Part shown: in pieces, positions 52,413 through 64,000 of the stretch
Layout of the letters: the number at the start of each line of letters is the position of its first letter
How positions within the stretch are numbered: the stretch's first letter is position 1
Assembly (NCBI GenBank): GCA_963693365.1
Contig: CAVNZM010000013.1
Span: forward strand, 248,001-312,000
Origin: Amoebidium appalachense
Taxonomy: Eukaryota > Protista > Ichthyosporea
Length of the DNA stretch: 64,000 nt
Direction: 5' to 3'
Made by a program: the position numbers and the translations under genes
Notes under the pieces: model-generated
Told to the model about the DNA's origin: nothing
Database searches by the model: none
The model's input: the letters and a program-made list of their open reading frames with translations, nothing else

Positions 52413-54218
52413 GTGCTCGGGCACATTCCCCTGCACAGGGCCCCGCTGCCCTCCCTGCCAACCCTCACTTGGGCCCAGCTGCCCTACTCTAACCCCCCGG
52501 GGCCCTGCTGCCCCCCCCCCCCCCCCCCCCCCCCGCTGCCGGGATCTCCCCAAGGGTACACCACCCTTGCTAACCACCCCTTCCCCCGAGGCTCAGACCC
52601 GGAGGCCCGCCCGCTGCCCCAGCACCACATTGACACCTCCCGCCTCCGGGAACTGCTGGCCTCCTACCCGGACCAATCATTCGCCGCACAACTCCTCCAC
52701 GATGTCGAATTCGGCGTCGACATCGGCTATCGCGGCCCCTCCACCTCTCGGGTGGGCCCCAACCTACCCACCACCCCGGAGGCAGCTGCCGCTATCACGG
52801 TGGATATTGCCAAAGAAGTCGCCCTCGGCCACCTGCGCGGCCCCCTCTCCCCGGCCCAATTCTTTGACGAATTTCCAGTCCACCGTTCCTCCCCCATCGG
52901 CGCCGTTACCAAGAAAGGGAACCCCCCCAAGTACCGTCGAATCCACCACCTCTCCTGGCCCCGGGGTAGCAGTGTCAATGACAGCATCACCTACCCCGAC
53001 GAACTTCAGTACATTCGCGCCCGGGATGTCACCCAACTCATTCTCGACGCAGGCCCCAGCTGCTACATGGCCGTGGCAGATGTGCAGGCTGCCTTCCGGC
53101 ACATGCCCATCCGACCGGAAGACCACCACTTAATGGCATTCAAATGGCAAGGGCATTTTTACGTTGAAACCAGACTGCCCTTCGGCCTGAAATCTAGCCC
53201 AGCCATCTGGGAACGGATCGCGGCCACCCTACAGTGGCTGGCACACCAGCACGGTATTACCCTCATCCGCCACTACGTAGACGACTGGATTATAGTCGCC
53301 CCCACACAAGAGCAGTGCCAACGTCACCTATCCACCTTCCTGCAACTCTGCCGAGAGCTGCACATTGCCATCTCCGAAGACAAGATGCAGGGCCCGGCTA
53401 CCCGTGTCGTCTTCATCGGTATCGAATTCGACTCCATCGCCATGGAGGCACGAATCCCGGCTTCCAAGCTCTCGGACCTACTCGATCTCACTTCCCACCC
53501 AAAGCCCACCATCACCATTCGGGACCTCCAGTCCCTCCTCGGCAAACTCACCTGGTGTGCCCAGCTGGTTCCCCCCGGGAGGGCCTTCTCCCAGCGCCTA
53601 TGGGCCCTTCTCCGGACCCACCCACACCTTGCCGGCCACCACCACATACGACTGACTGCTGCCGCCCGGGCCGACATAGCAGAATGGCACCAGTTCCTCA
53701 CATCATGGAATGGGGTGCACCTCATCACACCCCCCACATACACCACCCTGGCCACTGATGCTGCCGGATCGGTGGGTCTAGGAGGCCACTGGCTCGACCA
53801 ATGGTTCTTCATGCCCTGGTCCCCCTCCACCCAAGCCCTCTATGCTCATGAGGGTAAACTCGGTTCTTCCGTCATCGAACTCCTGGCCATCGCAGCCGCC
53901 GTGGCCCTCTGGGCCCCCTCCTGGTCCACCCACCATGTCCGTATTTTATGCGACAACACGGGTGCTGTGTCTGACCTGCACTCCCGGTCTTCCCCCCACC
54001 CCGTGATGGCCAAACTTATTCGGTTCATCACCCGCATGGAAATGCAATACCAATTTACGTTACAGGCATCCTACCTACCAGGACCCCTCAACCATCTGGC
54101 CGATGCCATTTCTCGTAACCAACTTCCCCGGGCCCGACGACTCCGACCTTCCCTGCAACCGGAGCCCTGCCCCTTCCCCTCCTGGGTCCACGAGTTCCTA
54201 TCCCTTCCCTTGGGCTAA
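52413..54218 (+). CDS. DIRS/Ngaro-type reverse transcriptase-RNase H, open frame (true start uncertain)
   Basis: KYRRIHHLSWP, DVQAAFRH, LPFGLKSSP, YVDD, FIGI; TDAAG, IELLA, CDN, NHLADAISR. Confidence 0.95.
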   Translation: MLGHIPLHRAPLPSLPTLTWAQLPYSNPPGPCCPPPPPPPPLPGSPQGYTTLANHPFPRGSDPEARPLPQHHIDTSRLRELLASYPDQSFAAQLLHDVEFGVDIGYRGPSTSRVGPNLPTTPEAAAAITVDIAKEVALGHLRGPLSPAQFFDEFPVHRSSPIGAVTKKGNPPKYRRIHHLSWPRGSSVNDSITYPDELQYIRARDVTQLILDAGPSCYMAVADVQAAFRHMPIRPEDHHLMAFKWQGHFYVETRLPFGLKSSPAIWERIAATLQWLAHQHGITLIRHYVDDWIIVAPTQEQCQRHLSTFLQLCRELHIAISEDKMQGPATRVVFIGIEFDSIAMEARIPASKLSDLLDLTSHPKPTITIRDLQSLLGKLTWCAQLVPPGRAFSQRLWALLRTHPHLAGHHHIRLTAAARADIAEWHQFLTSWNGVHLITPPTYTTLATDAAGSVGLGGHWLDQWFFMPWSPSTQALYAHEGKLGSSVIELLAIAAAVALWAPSWSTHHVRILCDNTGAVSDLHSRSSPHPVMAKLIRFITRMEMQYQFTLQASYLPGPLNHLADAISRNQLPRARRLRPSLQPEPCPFPSWVHEFLSLPLG

Positions 54219-55254
54219 CCCCCCCCCCCCCCCCCAGATCTCCCGTTCCGGAGCAACACTGGCAGATTGGCCCCCCACTTTGCTCCGGCCGAGCTGCTTC
54301 GAGCCACCACTACCCTGCAGGAATGCCAGGCCCTGAGTCTCAACCTCGACTCTCGGGCCTTTTACTCCCGGGTGCAAAATGTGTTCATCGATTTCTGTGT
54401 GGCATCTCGGCTGCAATCCTCCTCCGGGTCCTCCCTCCCGGCCTCCCCACACACCGTGCAACTTTTTCTCGCCTGGTGTGCCCAACGAGGGGTACAGGCC
54501 TCTTCCTTAACCGGCTACAATTCGGCCATCACCAAGTCTCTGGCCTGGTTCCTACGGGGGGTGGGCCGATGGCAGCTTTCTCACAACATCCGACCCCGCT
54601 CATCCACCAGGGAACCCCCTTCTCCCCTCCCACCTCCGCCTACTCCATGGCCAGTGCCCCACCCAGGCCTCCTCGGCCAATCTCCGGCTATGGACGGCCC
54701 TCATCGTCGGTTTCTGTGGTCTCCTCCGTTCAGGGGAATTTACCTCCAAGACCCTGACTTCTTTCGACCCGTCCCGTCACGTTAAACGGAAGGACGTGAC
54801 CTTCAGCTACACCCCCACCGGTACTTTGTCCCATGCCACCCTCCACCTGCCAACCTCTAAGACGGATGTACAGGCCCGAGGTGTCAACGTCACCCTAGCT
54901 GCCCTGCCCCTCACCCACTTCTCCCCAGCCCATCTCCTCCGGCAGTTCCTGGATACAACGACCGGTCAACCCGACGACCCCCTCTTCAGTCTCGGTGGCC
55001 TCCCCTACACCAAGAGTGCTTTCTCTGCCGATTTCCGTGCCCTCCTCTCCCGGGCAGGCCTCTCACCCTCCCGGTTTGCCGGACACAGCCTCCGCATCGG
55101 GGGGGCCACAGCACTGGCTGAGGCCGGGGTCGACGACTCCCGGATCAAACAACTCGGCAGGTGGTCCTCCGACTGCTTCCTGATCTATACCCGACTTCGT
55201 CCGGCCTCCATTGCTGCCACCACCACACGTGTATTCGCCTCTATTCTTAAGTGA
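54103..55254 (+). pseudogene. Tyrosine recombinase of N5, overlapping the RT end; homopolymer frameshifts
   Basis: Matches the N4 YR with indels at C-runs (~54230, ~54618). Confidence 0.88.
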
Positions 55255-58089
55255 AACCTTTGGAGCAAGCATACTGCTCTCGTGCCGTGGTTTACAACCA
55301 TTGCAGGTTCACTTTCGTCCAAGGGGATGTCCCCCTAGAGGCAACACACGTCCCGGAGTAGTTTTCATAGAGGTTTTATTTGTGGAAATTATTGACATAA
55401 ATATTTTTCTGGGTAAACACGTAGGATGGGTGTTCGATACCAACATAACCATGTAGGCTTCATTTCGTGTTTTAGCAGTTAGCGGTTGGCTGCCCGCACA
55501 CGGGCACCTATTAGCCAACCAAAACATCAGATACCACAGATCACTAGACCGAGTTATGATTGGCTCGGATCAGATTTCACATATCACTAGATCGATTTTT
55601 GATTGGCTCAGATCAGTAGGCTTAGGTATATAAGCACGACAGTTTTTAGCAGATCAGCAAGCTACAAACACATCTTCTGTGTTTAGCATCCACAGCCTTA
55701 CAGCTATATATTCCTTTTCACCCACCCACCTACACCCACACACAACCCCCATTGATCCACACATACGTGCTGTTTTTTCACGGGGCGAAGACTTCCCCCG
55801 TTTTTTGGGCACATGGACCTCACGGATCAATAAATTGATGACTGGGGGCTTGCCGTGGTTTACAACCATTGCAGGTTCACTTTCGTCCAAGGGGATGTCC
55901 CCCTAGAGGCAACACACGTCCCGGAGTAGTTTTCATAGACCTCATATTAAGATGCTCAGAATCGCCTTCACAGTATGCTTTGTTTTCGACGTCGACGATA
56001 CCCATCATGTTAGCCTACACAGTATACATACGTAGAACAGGCTTACGACGTCCATAGCACATCTATAGCATTGGAATAGGTGCTACATTTGGTTAATGGA
56101 CGGTGTAAACGCATGCACAGCATGTCCATAGGATGACGTTGGCATATACACATGAGGGTCGAGAAATCAGTGGACCTCTTTATTACCCTGTAACATGCTT
56201 GTCGACGTCGACGATGGGTTTTCAGCTTTTCCATCCATTAAAATGTCGAGGGTACCAAACGCAGCCACTCAGGTATCGTAAACTACTCCGAACCCGTCGT
56301 CGACGTCGTAGAGGGGTTTCCGATGGGGGGGGGAAGATTGCTGATGCACGTTGGTTCGGTCTATTTTTGATATTTCCTTCGATGATATCAAGAGCCCTTC
56401 CAAGATTGTTGAGCCAAGGTGTCTGTCCCAGCGCGACCCAACGGATATCGACCCCTTTGTGTTTGACAAGGAAGCCAAAGCGAAAGCTTCCCTGGATAAG
56501 TGGATTGTGTTCAAAGGTTGGGCACCGTTGTCGAGTTTCCGTTTTGGGGGATGGAACAGTGGGGTCTTGGTCCGTCCCGTCCACTCAGGCAAGAAGATGG
56601 AGTCCGTCGTCAATGGGTAAGTTGAGTGTGTTGCTATGTGAGTTTTCCACGATTGAATACTTAAACGTATGCACCATTGATGAACGATTTGTTTGCTGGA
56701 ATTGTTGGTTCGTTAGTCACGGTTTCTTGTACGTATGATGTACTATGGACTTTAAAATTGCCAGTATCTGTTTAGTCTGTGAATGAGACCCAGAATTATT
56801 GGAGCAGCTATCCCGCTTTAACCGCGCTGTCCAGGTGGTTCCCTCCTGAACAACGTGCAGTGCTTACACACACAATACGATAACAAGTCTGGGTACACGT
56901 GTGGTTTATTTTGACACATTGAAGTGTGTGTGCAGTGCACACACACTCACAATACAATAACATGATTGGACATAGTCTATACATTGTCAAAGAGTTACAT
57001 GATAATGTCGTGCTTGGATGCGCTTATACTGATGTATGTGTGTGTGTGTGTGTGTGGAATGACACAGTCACACACGCCATAAAATACAGCGTAAACCTTA
57101 CATTTGCAACCTTACCACCCATGTACTCCCTCCCTGTTTCCGGGGGGGGGGGGGGAACAATTTTGCCATCTAGGCCAGACCGTGCAGGTCCATGCACACG
57201 CTGTGTTTCTCCAACCACATATACACACCCTGACCCCCCTGCACCGCTGCACTCCCTCCCTGTTTCCGGGATAGTACAGTGCCCGTCCAGGTGTTAGATA
57301 CTCCGCCACTAAGATAACGGCGACGCCATTTTTTAAAAATCTTTAGATAATGACCTCCGACGGTCGTTTTCCGGGATTATCTTGAAGTTTTTTTTCTTTA
57401 TTTATTTATTTATTTATTTTTTTTATTTTTTTTATTTTTTTTTAGCGCAACAGGGGGTCCTATGCATCGCCTATGCAGACGTAATTACCAAGTATGCACC
57501 ATTAGAACACCCTTTATTTGTCAGAGTTTCAGACTTTTTACCACATAAAACCTAGCTCAGTGACACCGATATGTTCCACAAACAAAAGGGCCAATCATTG
57601 AATAGGCTGTGGCGCCAAAAAAAAACCCCGTATGACGCACATGTCAGTTCAGTCAGTCAGTTTTTTATCGTTCTTCTATCCAAAATACATAGGAGTACAC
57701 AGGTTGAAAGTGTACTAGCACACGGAAAGACCATGACCAAGCCAGTAGTTCAAGTGCAGGCAGCTGCACTTGGGGATTTAAATAGTGCACTACACAAAGT
57801 AAACGCAGCCACAGACAAGTTCCAGGAAAGCACGCAAGTGGCCCAAGTGATTGTTGCCGAGGGCCTTGTAGAAGCAAACAAAAAGATCAGTAATGCAACC
57901 ACCAGTGCAATTGCACAAGCAGAAAATGCAAAAGCACAACTGCGTTCACATGTGGCGCTTTAGAGAACCGTAGAGTCCACACACCTGCCGAATTGCTAAA
58001 AACGGCTGCCAGCAAGCCTGGGCAGAGGACCATGTCTGATTACGGGCAAAGATGAATTTTTCGTTCGAACTGAACGGCCGTAAAAAACC

Positions 58090-58912
58090 ATGAGTGCGCA
58101 CAGCGTGGAAGAAGCCAAAACTATCAGCGAGTTAATTGCTACAGAAGACTCTTCCAAACCTACGTTTCCGTGCAGAGGCTGCAGGTATCCCTGCGGTAAC
58201 GCCGGTGCACTGGCAAACCACGAAGCCAGTTGTGCTGCGGCTAAACGTGTTAACCAGCCATCACATCTCGTTACCAGCAACGTTGGGTCCGTCACACACG
58301 AGTTTGTCCCACCGTCCCAAGAGGTCGACATCGAACGGCAAGAAGCGATTGCTGCGGAGTTCGAGCGTATAAACCAAAGTTTGGCGGAAGGCAAACCCAA
58401 AGTGGATCGGCGCAAAAATAATAAAGGAGCAGGTGAGCGAGGGTCGTACACTTATTCACAAAAGCGGAGATGATTGAAGAGATTCTCGGTCTGAAAGGCG
58501 AAAACACGGCGGCGAAGATTGCAAAGTACCGCATATCTCACCAGAAGAAGAGCATTCAAATGGTATATGCGTAAGTTTTCCCAAGGCTGGTACATAGTCG
58601 TTTTACTGCAAGCCTGGCATTTTGTCTGTGCCTGATCTTTTTCTATAATGTTGGCTAGTACCTGTGCTGCATAGGCGCTTTGTTTCTCTGGTTACTCTGT
58701 TTGTTGTTAGTGGTTGCCAAGGCCTTCAAGTTGTCCTGTTGTTTGTTGGAAAGAGAGCCCTTGAAACCCAAAGCATTGGTGAACTTGCTCTACTTAGAAA
58801 GATAACTTTAGTAACTTGTAACTTCTACGTGTGCAGGTGGATACGGACGACTCGGAGGGAGACGATCTTCGCATTGGCAGCTCAAGAAAGGCTGAAGGAG
58901 CTGAAGCTCGTA
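58090..58912 (+). pseudogene. Possible spliced DNA-transposase N-terminus (C2HC finger + psq/Brinker-like HTH)
   Basis: FPCRGC...LANHEASC; RGSYTYSQK then (frame change) AEMIEEI...KIAKYRI; putative exon WIRTTRRETIF bounded by cag/gtacgt. Confidence 0.35.
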
Positions 58913-59098
58913 GGTACGTACACGGTTTGCTGGCTTTACTGTGTTCCCCAGCCTCTTGTTATAGAGATCTAAGGAAAAGTACACAATACTGAGGTGGAGC
59001 TTGTGTAAAGGCATCTGGTGATAACAAATGTACGGACTGAATGGGTGAAATAGGGTTGGGAGATCAGGCTTTGCTATATGCATATGAAATTCCGGTTC

Positions 59099-59289
<191 letters not shown>

Positions 59290-60745
59290 CCCCCCTTCCT
59301 CCCCCCCAAAAAAAGAAAAATAAATAAACAAATGAAAATAAAAATCAAAGCACAACCCAAAGCACACATGTCCACATACTTCTCCTTTCCCTCCGCTTAA
59401 TAATAACTCCTCTCTCCCTTGGGGCCTCCCCCCTCCCATTCTTTCCTTCACACACAGTTGCGCGCACACAAGTGCACGAGCACAGGCATACACACTTGCG
59501 AGTGTCCGAAAACACACGCACAAACGCACACACGCACACACACACACATGCAAACACACAGTGGGGGGTGCCCAGAAAAGGGGATTTCTTTTCCGCGTAA
59601 AGTATTGCAATGGTCTGGAGGTTGATGAAAACCTCAATGCCGATGTCTATGAGGCAAATGGGGAGGGGTTGCCCCTCACTCGCGTAGGTGTGTGGTGCCA
59701 AATAGTCAAGATGTAACAGTAGCAGGGCCGCTTTTTATCATGATAAACAGACTCTGCTAACTGTACTTGAATATATTTCTATTCTTTCTCTCTCTCTCTC
59801 TCTCTCTCTCTCCCTCTCTCCTCTCTCTCTCCCCCCCCCCCCCTCCTCCTCTCTCTCTCTCTCTCTCTCTCTCTGTCATCTACCCATGGATAACGGCAAG
59901 AACTTAGATTCTGAAGTTGAGATATACATATGTTTATTAGTTTGTTGTTGTTCGTTTCCTTTTCCCTTTTCCTTTCTTCCTTTCTTTCTTTCCTTTCCGT
60001 TTCCGTGTGCACAGATATCTTTGATCTGTGTACACATCGAGCCATTTGGCCCGCTCACATGTAATGTTTTTTGCGTTTATGTCTAAATAAGTTGTCCAAT
60101 CAGATCTCGTTTAATTTTCCCAAATATAGAAACCTACATTCCTCCTTCATTCTACTCGATTCCTTTCCCATTCCATTCCTTTCTATCCTCATTCCTTTTC
60201 CTTCTTTTCCCACGACGTAGAATTGCTCCATGCTCCCCAGCTATTAGGAATAATTATATTTAGACGTGTTATGTTAAGAACATGTATAAATATATGATGT
60301 GAACTAATAGATACATAAGTGGTTTCATTTTATTAAATGTTTCCGTACTTTCATTAGCAGATTGCGATTTATCTTCTATGTGTCGACAGGCATTTCGATC
60401 GATTTATTTTACCCTCATAGTTTTCGTCTTTCTGATTGGATAAGATAGTTTTCGTTCTTTTGATTGGCTTAGCATTTGTCGATTTCACATTCCCGAGTAT
60501 AAAAGGGACTTCATCTTGAAATAAAAATCAATCAGTTGAAAACGTTTCCTATGGTCCCAGAAATCGTTCCACCTCTCCGGTTGTGTTTCTCCCGTGTGTC
60601 TGTGTGTTGTGTATATCATAACACCCATCTGTGCACTCTGCTCCTCCCTTAAACCCACACAAAATAACAGGTTTACGGCCCCTTTGCACGCTAACACACA
60701 ATCTCGTTACAACCGCGAAATTCCTCCGTACATACTGCTTCAACC

Positions 60746-61164
60746 ATGACTGACAAACCGTCGTACATCAACCTTCCGCAATGGAATCCGTCCGAGAAGA
60801 AGGACGACAAGCGTCTCAACTACTTCGAATGGGAGCCCCTCATCCATCGCTTCATCCGAACAACAATTGCCGAGAAATTTGTCGACGCCATCAAGGCACC
60901 ACAGTGGATTGATGGCTCCGACGCCAACCAGTGGCAAGGCTACGGCACCAAGGACGCCTACAAGAAAGCTTCCGACGTCCTCGACCAAATTCTCAACCAG
61001 TCCGTTCATCCTACAGAGCTCTACGACTCTGGCCGCATGCAAGACGGTGTTCACGGTGGAGAAGTCTTCCATAACCCGCGCATGGCTTATGTGGCTGGAG
61101 AAGGAGGCTCGCGTCACTCAAATTCAAGTCACCTACGAGGAGCTTGAACTACGCGACTTCCCCA
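60746..61164 (+). pseudogene. Possible Copia-like gag N-terminal fragment, ending at a LINE fragment
   Basis: Coding-like composition, NYFEWEPLI motif; AT-rich LTR-like block with TATAAAA/AATAAA upstream (~60267-60550); no second LTR. Confidence 0.35.
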
Positions 61165-61345
61165 AATACCGCAACACACACACGTCACATTCACAACAGA
61201 CACCCAGAAAGATAGCCTACCTGTAAATTACAACATCCTTGATTTTATACTAAACACGCGTAACTACGACCTGTTTATTAGATGTATTGATTGGCTTGAG
61301 AAACACATCACTACAAAATTATAGCGCACGCGCACACACACACAC

Positions 61346-61400
<55 letters not shown>

Positions 61401-61432
61401 CCAGCTGATACCGAGTGTCCCGAGGGGAGCCC

Positions 61433-61469
<37 letters not shown>

Positions 61470-62018
61470 GGGGAACCCCAACTAATTGATTTCTCCTTGT
61501 AGACTTTATGGTGTCTCGTAGAGAAAGTAAACCCTGATATATAGTCACCACCCGACATCTATGTACGTGATCATGATATACCGCTGAGGGGATATTCCGA
61601 GCAAACCCCCCCCCCCCATACCTGAGACTGGTTCTCTTTGCCTCGAGTAAACAGCGTAAACTGAAAAGGAATATATAGCTGTAAGGCTGTGGATGCTAAA
61701 CACAGAAGATGTGTTTGTAGCTTGCTGATCTGCTAAAAACTGTCGTGCTTATATACCTAAGCCTACCGATCTGAACCAATCAAAAATCGATCTAGTGATA
61801 TGTGAAATCTGATCCGAGCCAATCATAACTCGGTCTAGTGATCTGTGGTATCTGATGTTTTGACTGGCTAATAGGTGCCCGTGTGCGGGCAGCCAACCGC
61901 TAACTGCTAAAACACGAAATGAAGCCTACATGGTTATGTTGGTATCGAACACCCATCCTACGTGTTTACCCAGAAAAATATTTATGTCAATAATTTCCAC
62001 AAATAAAACCTAAACCCC
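61165..62018 (+). mobile_element. 5'-truncated LINE whose last bases are split by a solo Ngaro A repeat
   Basis: Matches the LINE 3' end; terminal gtaaacccc appears as gtaaac[A]taaacccc. Confidence 0.9.
61662..62010 (-). mobile_element. Solo Ngaro A repeat (349 bp) flanked by TAAAC direct repeats
   Basis: Full A sequence; TAAAC at 61657-61 and 62011-15. Confidence 0.88.
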
Positions 62019-63133
62019 TGTGATATGTCTGATTCTTTGCAGTATGTCATAGGTTAGAACTTCCTTGATGATGACACGAGTTGATCTTAACTTGTGTCTG
62101 TGTCCTATCGTGTACGTCTCCGCGTACCGGATCTCTCTGAAAGCAATTGGTTCTTAGTGATTGGTTTCTATTAGAGATAGATCTGATTTCCGACTGGTCG
62201 GAAATCATGTATGGATTGGACTTAGAGGAATTTCAGGTATTTATTCGAAGATCAGAATAAATTCAGTTGAGTCGTGTCTAAACATTGATGTCTGTTGTGT
62301 ACACTGCTCCGATCGTTCCGTGTTTTGTTCTTGTGTGTGTCTGTGGTGTTTTTACACTGCACCACTGTGTCTCTACTTTCATCCCAAATACTTATACAAT
62401 TTAACAGGTACCTTTTCTTGGTTTGAGGTGCGACCCGAAAATTGGTGACACTGTAGCGTGACAACCCAATGTCAGATCGAGTTGAAACTTGGTAAACCCC
62501 AAGGTCATTGGCTTACAAGCTTATGTGCAAAATTTGACCTATGGTTGTTTGTCTTTATGCGACACAGGAAGGACGCGCTTTTGCCGGTTTTCAGCCGTAA
62601 AAAAGTGAAAAACGGCAACAAACTGCGTTGGCCGCTGTACTGCACAGCGTGTGAGCCACTCGTCATCTGAAACTGATCAGTGCGGCGGGTGGCAACATGG
62701 TAACAAAGCGATAAGAAATTGTTTACGTGAACCAATCATAGACGAGAACTAAGAAATATGCGGGTAAATGGGAATTTTCGGCTCACATATTGGTGACAAA
62801 GCAAAGGACGCTAAGGAGCATGTAGTTACGGTCAACATTGTACATATAATCTACAAATAATAAATATAATGTATAAATAAATGGTAAAAATCATTATATT
62901 ACTCTTTAATACAGCTTAAATACTGAATAGGAATGGGCAGGTAGGAGTGGCACCGCGATCATGAAAAAGGAATTTTGCAACGCTCAAGCGTGGTTTGATT
63001 GGTCGGCATGCGTTCTATATAACAAGCAAGGACCTAGACTCACACGTGCAGTATCAAAATCTAATAGACATCATATGCCATACGGTGGAGATACAATTTT
63101 TTATTTTTTATTTTTTATTTTTTTATTTTTTCT

Positions 63134-64000
63134 AAACAGAGCCGAGCGGAACAGGTTCCCTTTCCCGAGGTTAAAGCGCCACCGGCCGTGCCGCCAGCAA
63201 GTAGTTTTATTACGAAAGAACAACTGCACTTGATACCCGAGAAGGCTAGGAAATCCGTGCTCAAACTTATGGCGCATCATGAGCAGCTCCGCACCCAAGT
63301 CTCCGACTTAACAACCCAAGTAGCTGAGTATAAAGCCAACCAGGACCACACAGACCTCCTTGTTCAGCAAATGGAGACGCGCTTACGGCAGCTGGAAGCT
63401 GACCGGGCAACCCCCACCGGCCCTGCCCACGCGGGCCCGGCCCCTGCAGCACAGGCAGCCCCCGATGGGTTACCCACCCCACCGGGGTCTCCCAAGTTCA
63501 TACCCACAACGAATCCTAAGGTGTACCGCACTACGGTGGTCGCCAAGACCGTGTACGTGTCCGAGAAAGTCAAAACGTATGCCGAGTCGGTGGCCCAGAC
63601 CCACGGGGCTACCCAGGCTTTGGCCGCCCTTGCCGCAGCGTCAGCACTGCACCCAACCCGCCGCCCTCGGGTGGCGTCTGACCCTGCCCCTCAGGGTACC
63701 GACGAGTCCGAGTTGACCACTGCAGCCTTCACCATGGTGCCGGCCAACATCAGCACCATGCGTGAGCGTCTTTACACCCTCGGTGTCCTCAACCGAATGA
63801 TTCCCGACATGCTCTTCATTGGCCGTCGCTACACAGTGTTCATTGTGCGTGCCGGCTACCGTGATACCCTCATAAACATCATCCAACGTGCTACCGACGC
63901 CACCTTTCTCGCAGACTTCGATCCTACGGCTCCCTACAACACCACACTTAACCGTGCTGACGCAGAGGCCGCTGCCCGGGCCTCTTGGCAACGCCGGGTG
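63134..64000 (+). CDS. ORF1 of a second, divergent LINE family; runs off the window (absent from the ORF track)
   Basis: Open frame (ATG at 63269): coiled coil, TYAES, LGVLNRMIPDMLFIG...VRAGY...FDPTAP aligns by eye to LGFRCSRILCLSFIG...VRGDY...YDPCAP of ORF1 at 39507. Confidence 0.7.

Larger units (their letters stand above)
50806..55938 (+). mobile_element. Ngaro-type copy N5, most complete; 5' part of gag replaced by an antisense LINE 3' fragment
   Basis: A1 50806-51154, LINE piece, gag C-terminus, RT-RH, YR, B1-A2-spacer-B2. Confidence 0.93.

Overview
Eukaryotic, microsatellite-rich window made almost entirely of nested transposable elements; no clear host gene, RNA gene or CRISPR array is visible. 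It holds six pieces of an Ngaro-type tyrosine-recombinase retrotransposon family with split direct repeats (A1-gag/RT-RH/YR-B1-A2-spacer-B2). It also holds two near-full-length APE-RT LINEs with two 3' fragments, ORF1 of a second LINE family at the right edge, a chromodomain Ty3/Gypsy element (20176-37337, minus), a solo LTR, and remnants of probable Plavaka/CMC, pogo-like and Copia-like elements. The most notable object is a TIR DNA transposon (25486-34447; perfect 17-bp TIRs, AT target duplication) inserted in the Gypsy protease region. It carries a THAP ORF converging on an apparently intact Exo1/XPG-family nuclease fused to a SWIM finger. This is an ISL2EU-like layout, but with a PIN-fold 5' nuclease where a YqaJ/lambda exonuclease is normally described, and no DDE domain in this copy. 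A second highlight is an Ngaro/LINE chimera whose likely donor junction also lies in the window. All assignments come from reading motifs by eye; many frameshifts fall in long homopolymers and may be sequencing errors.
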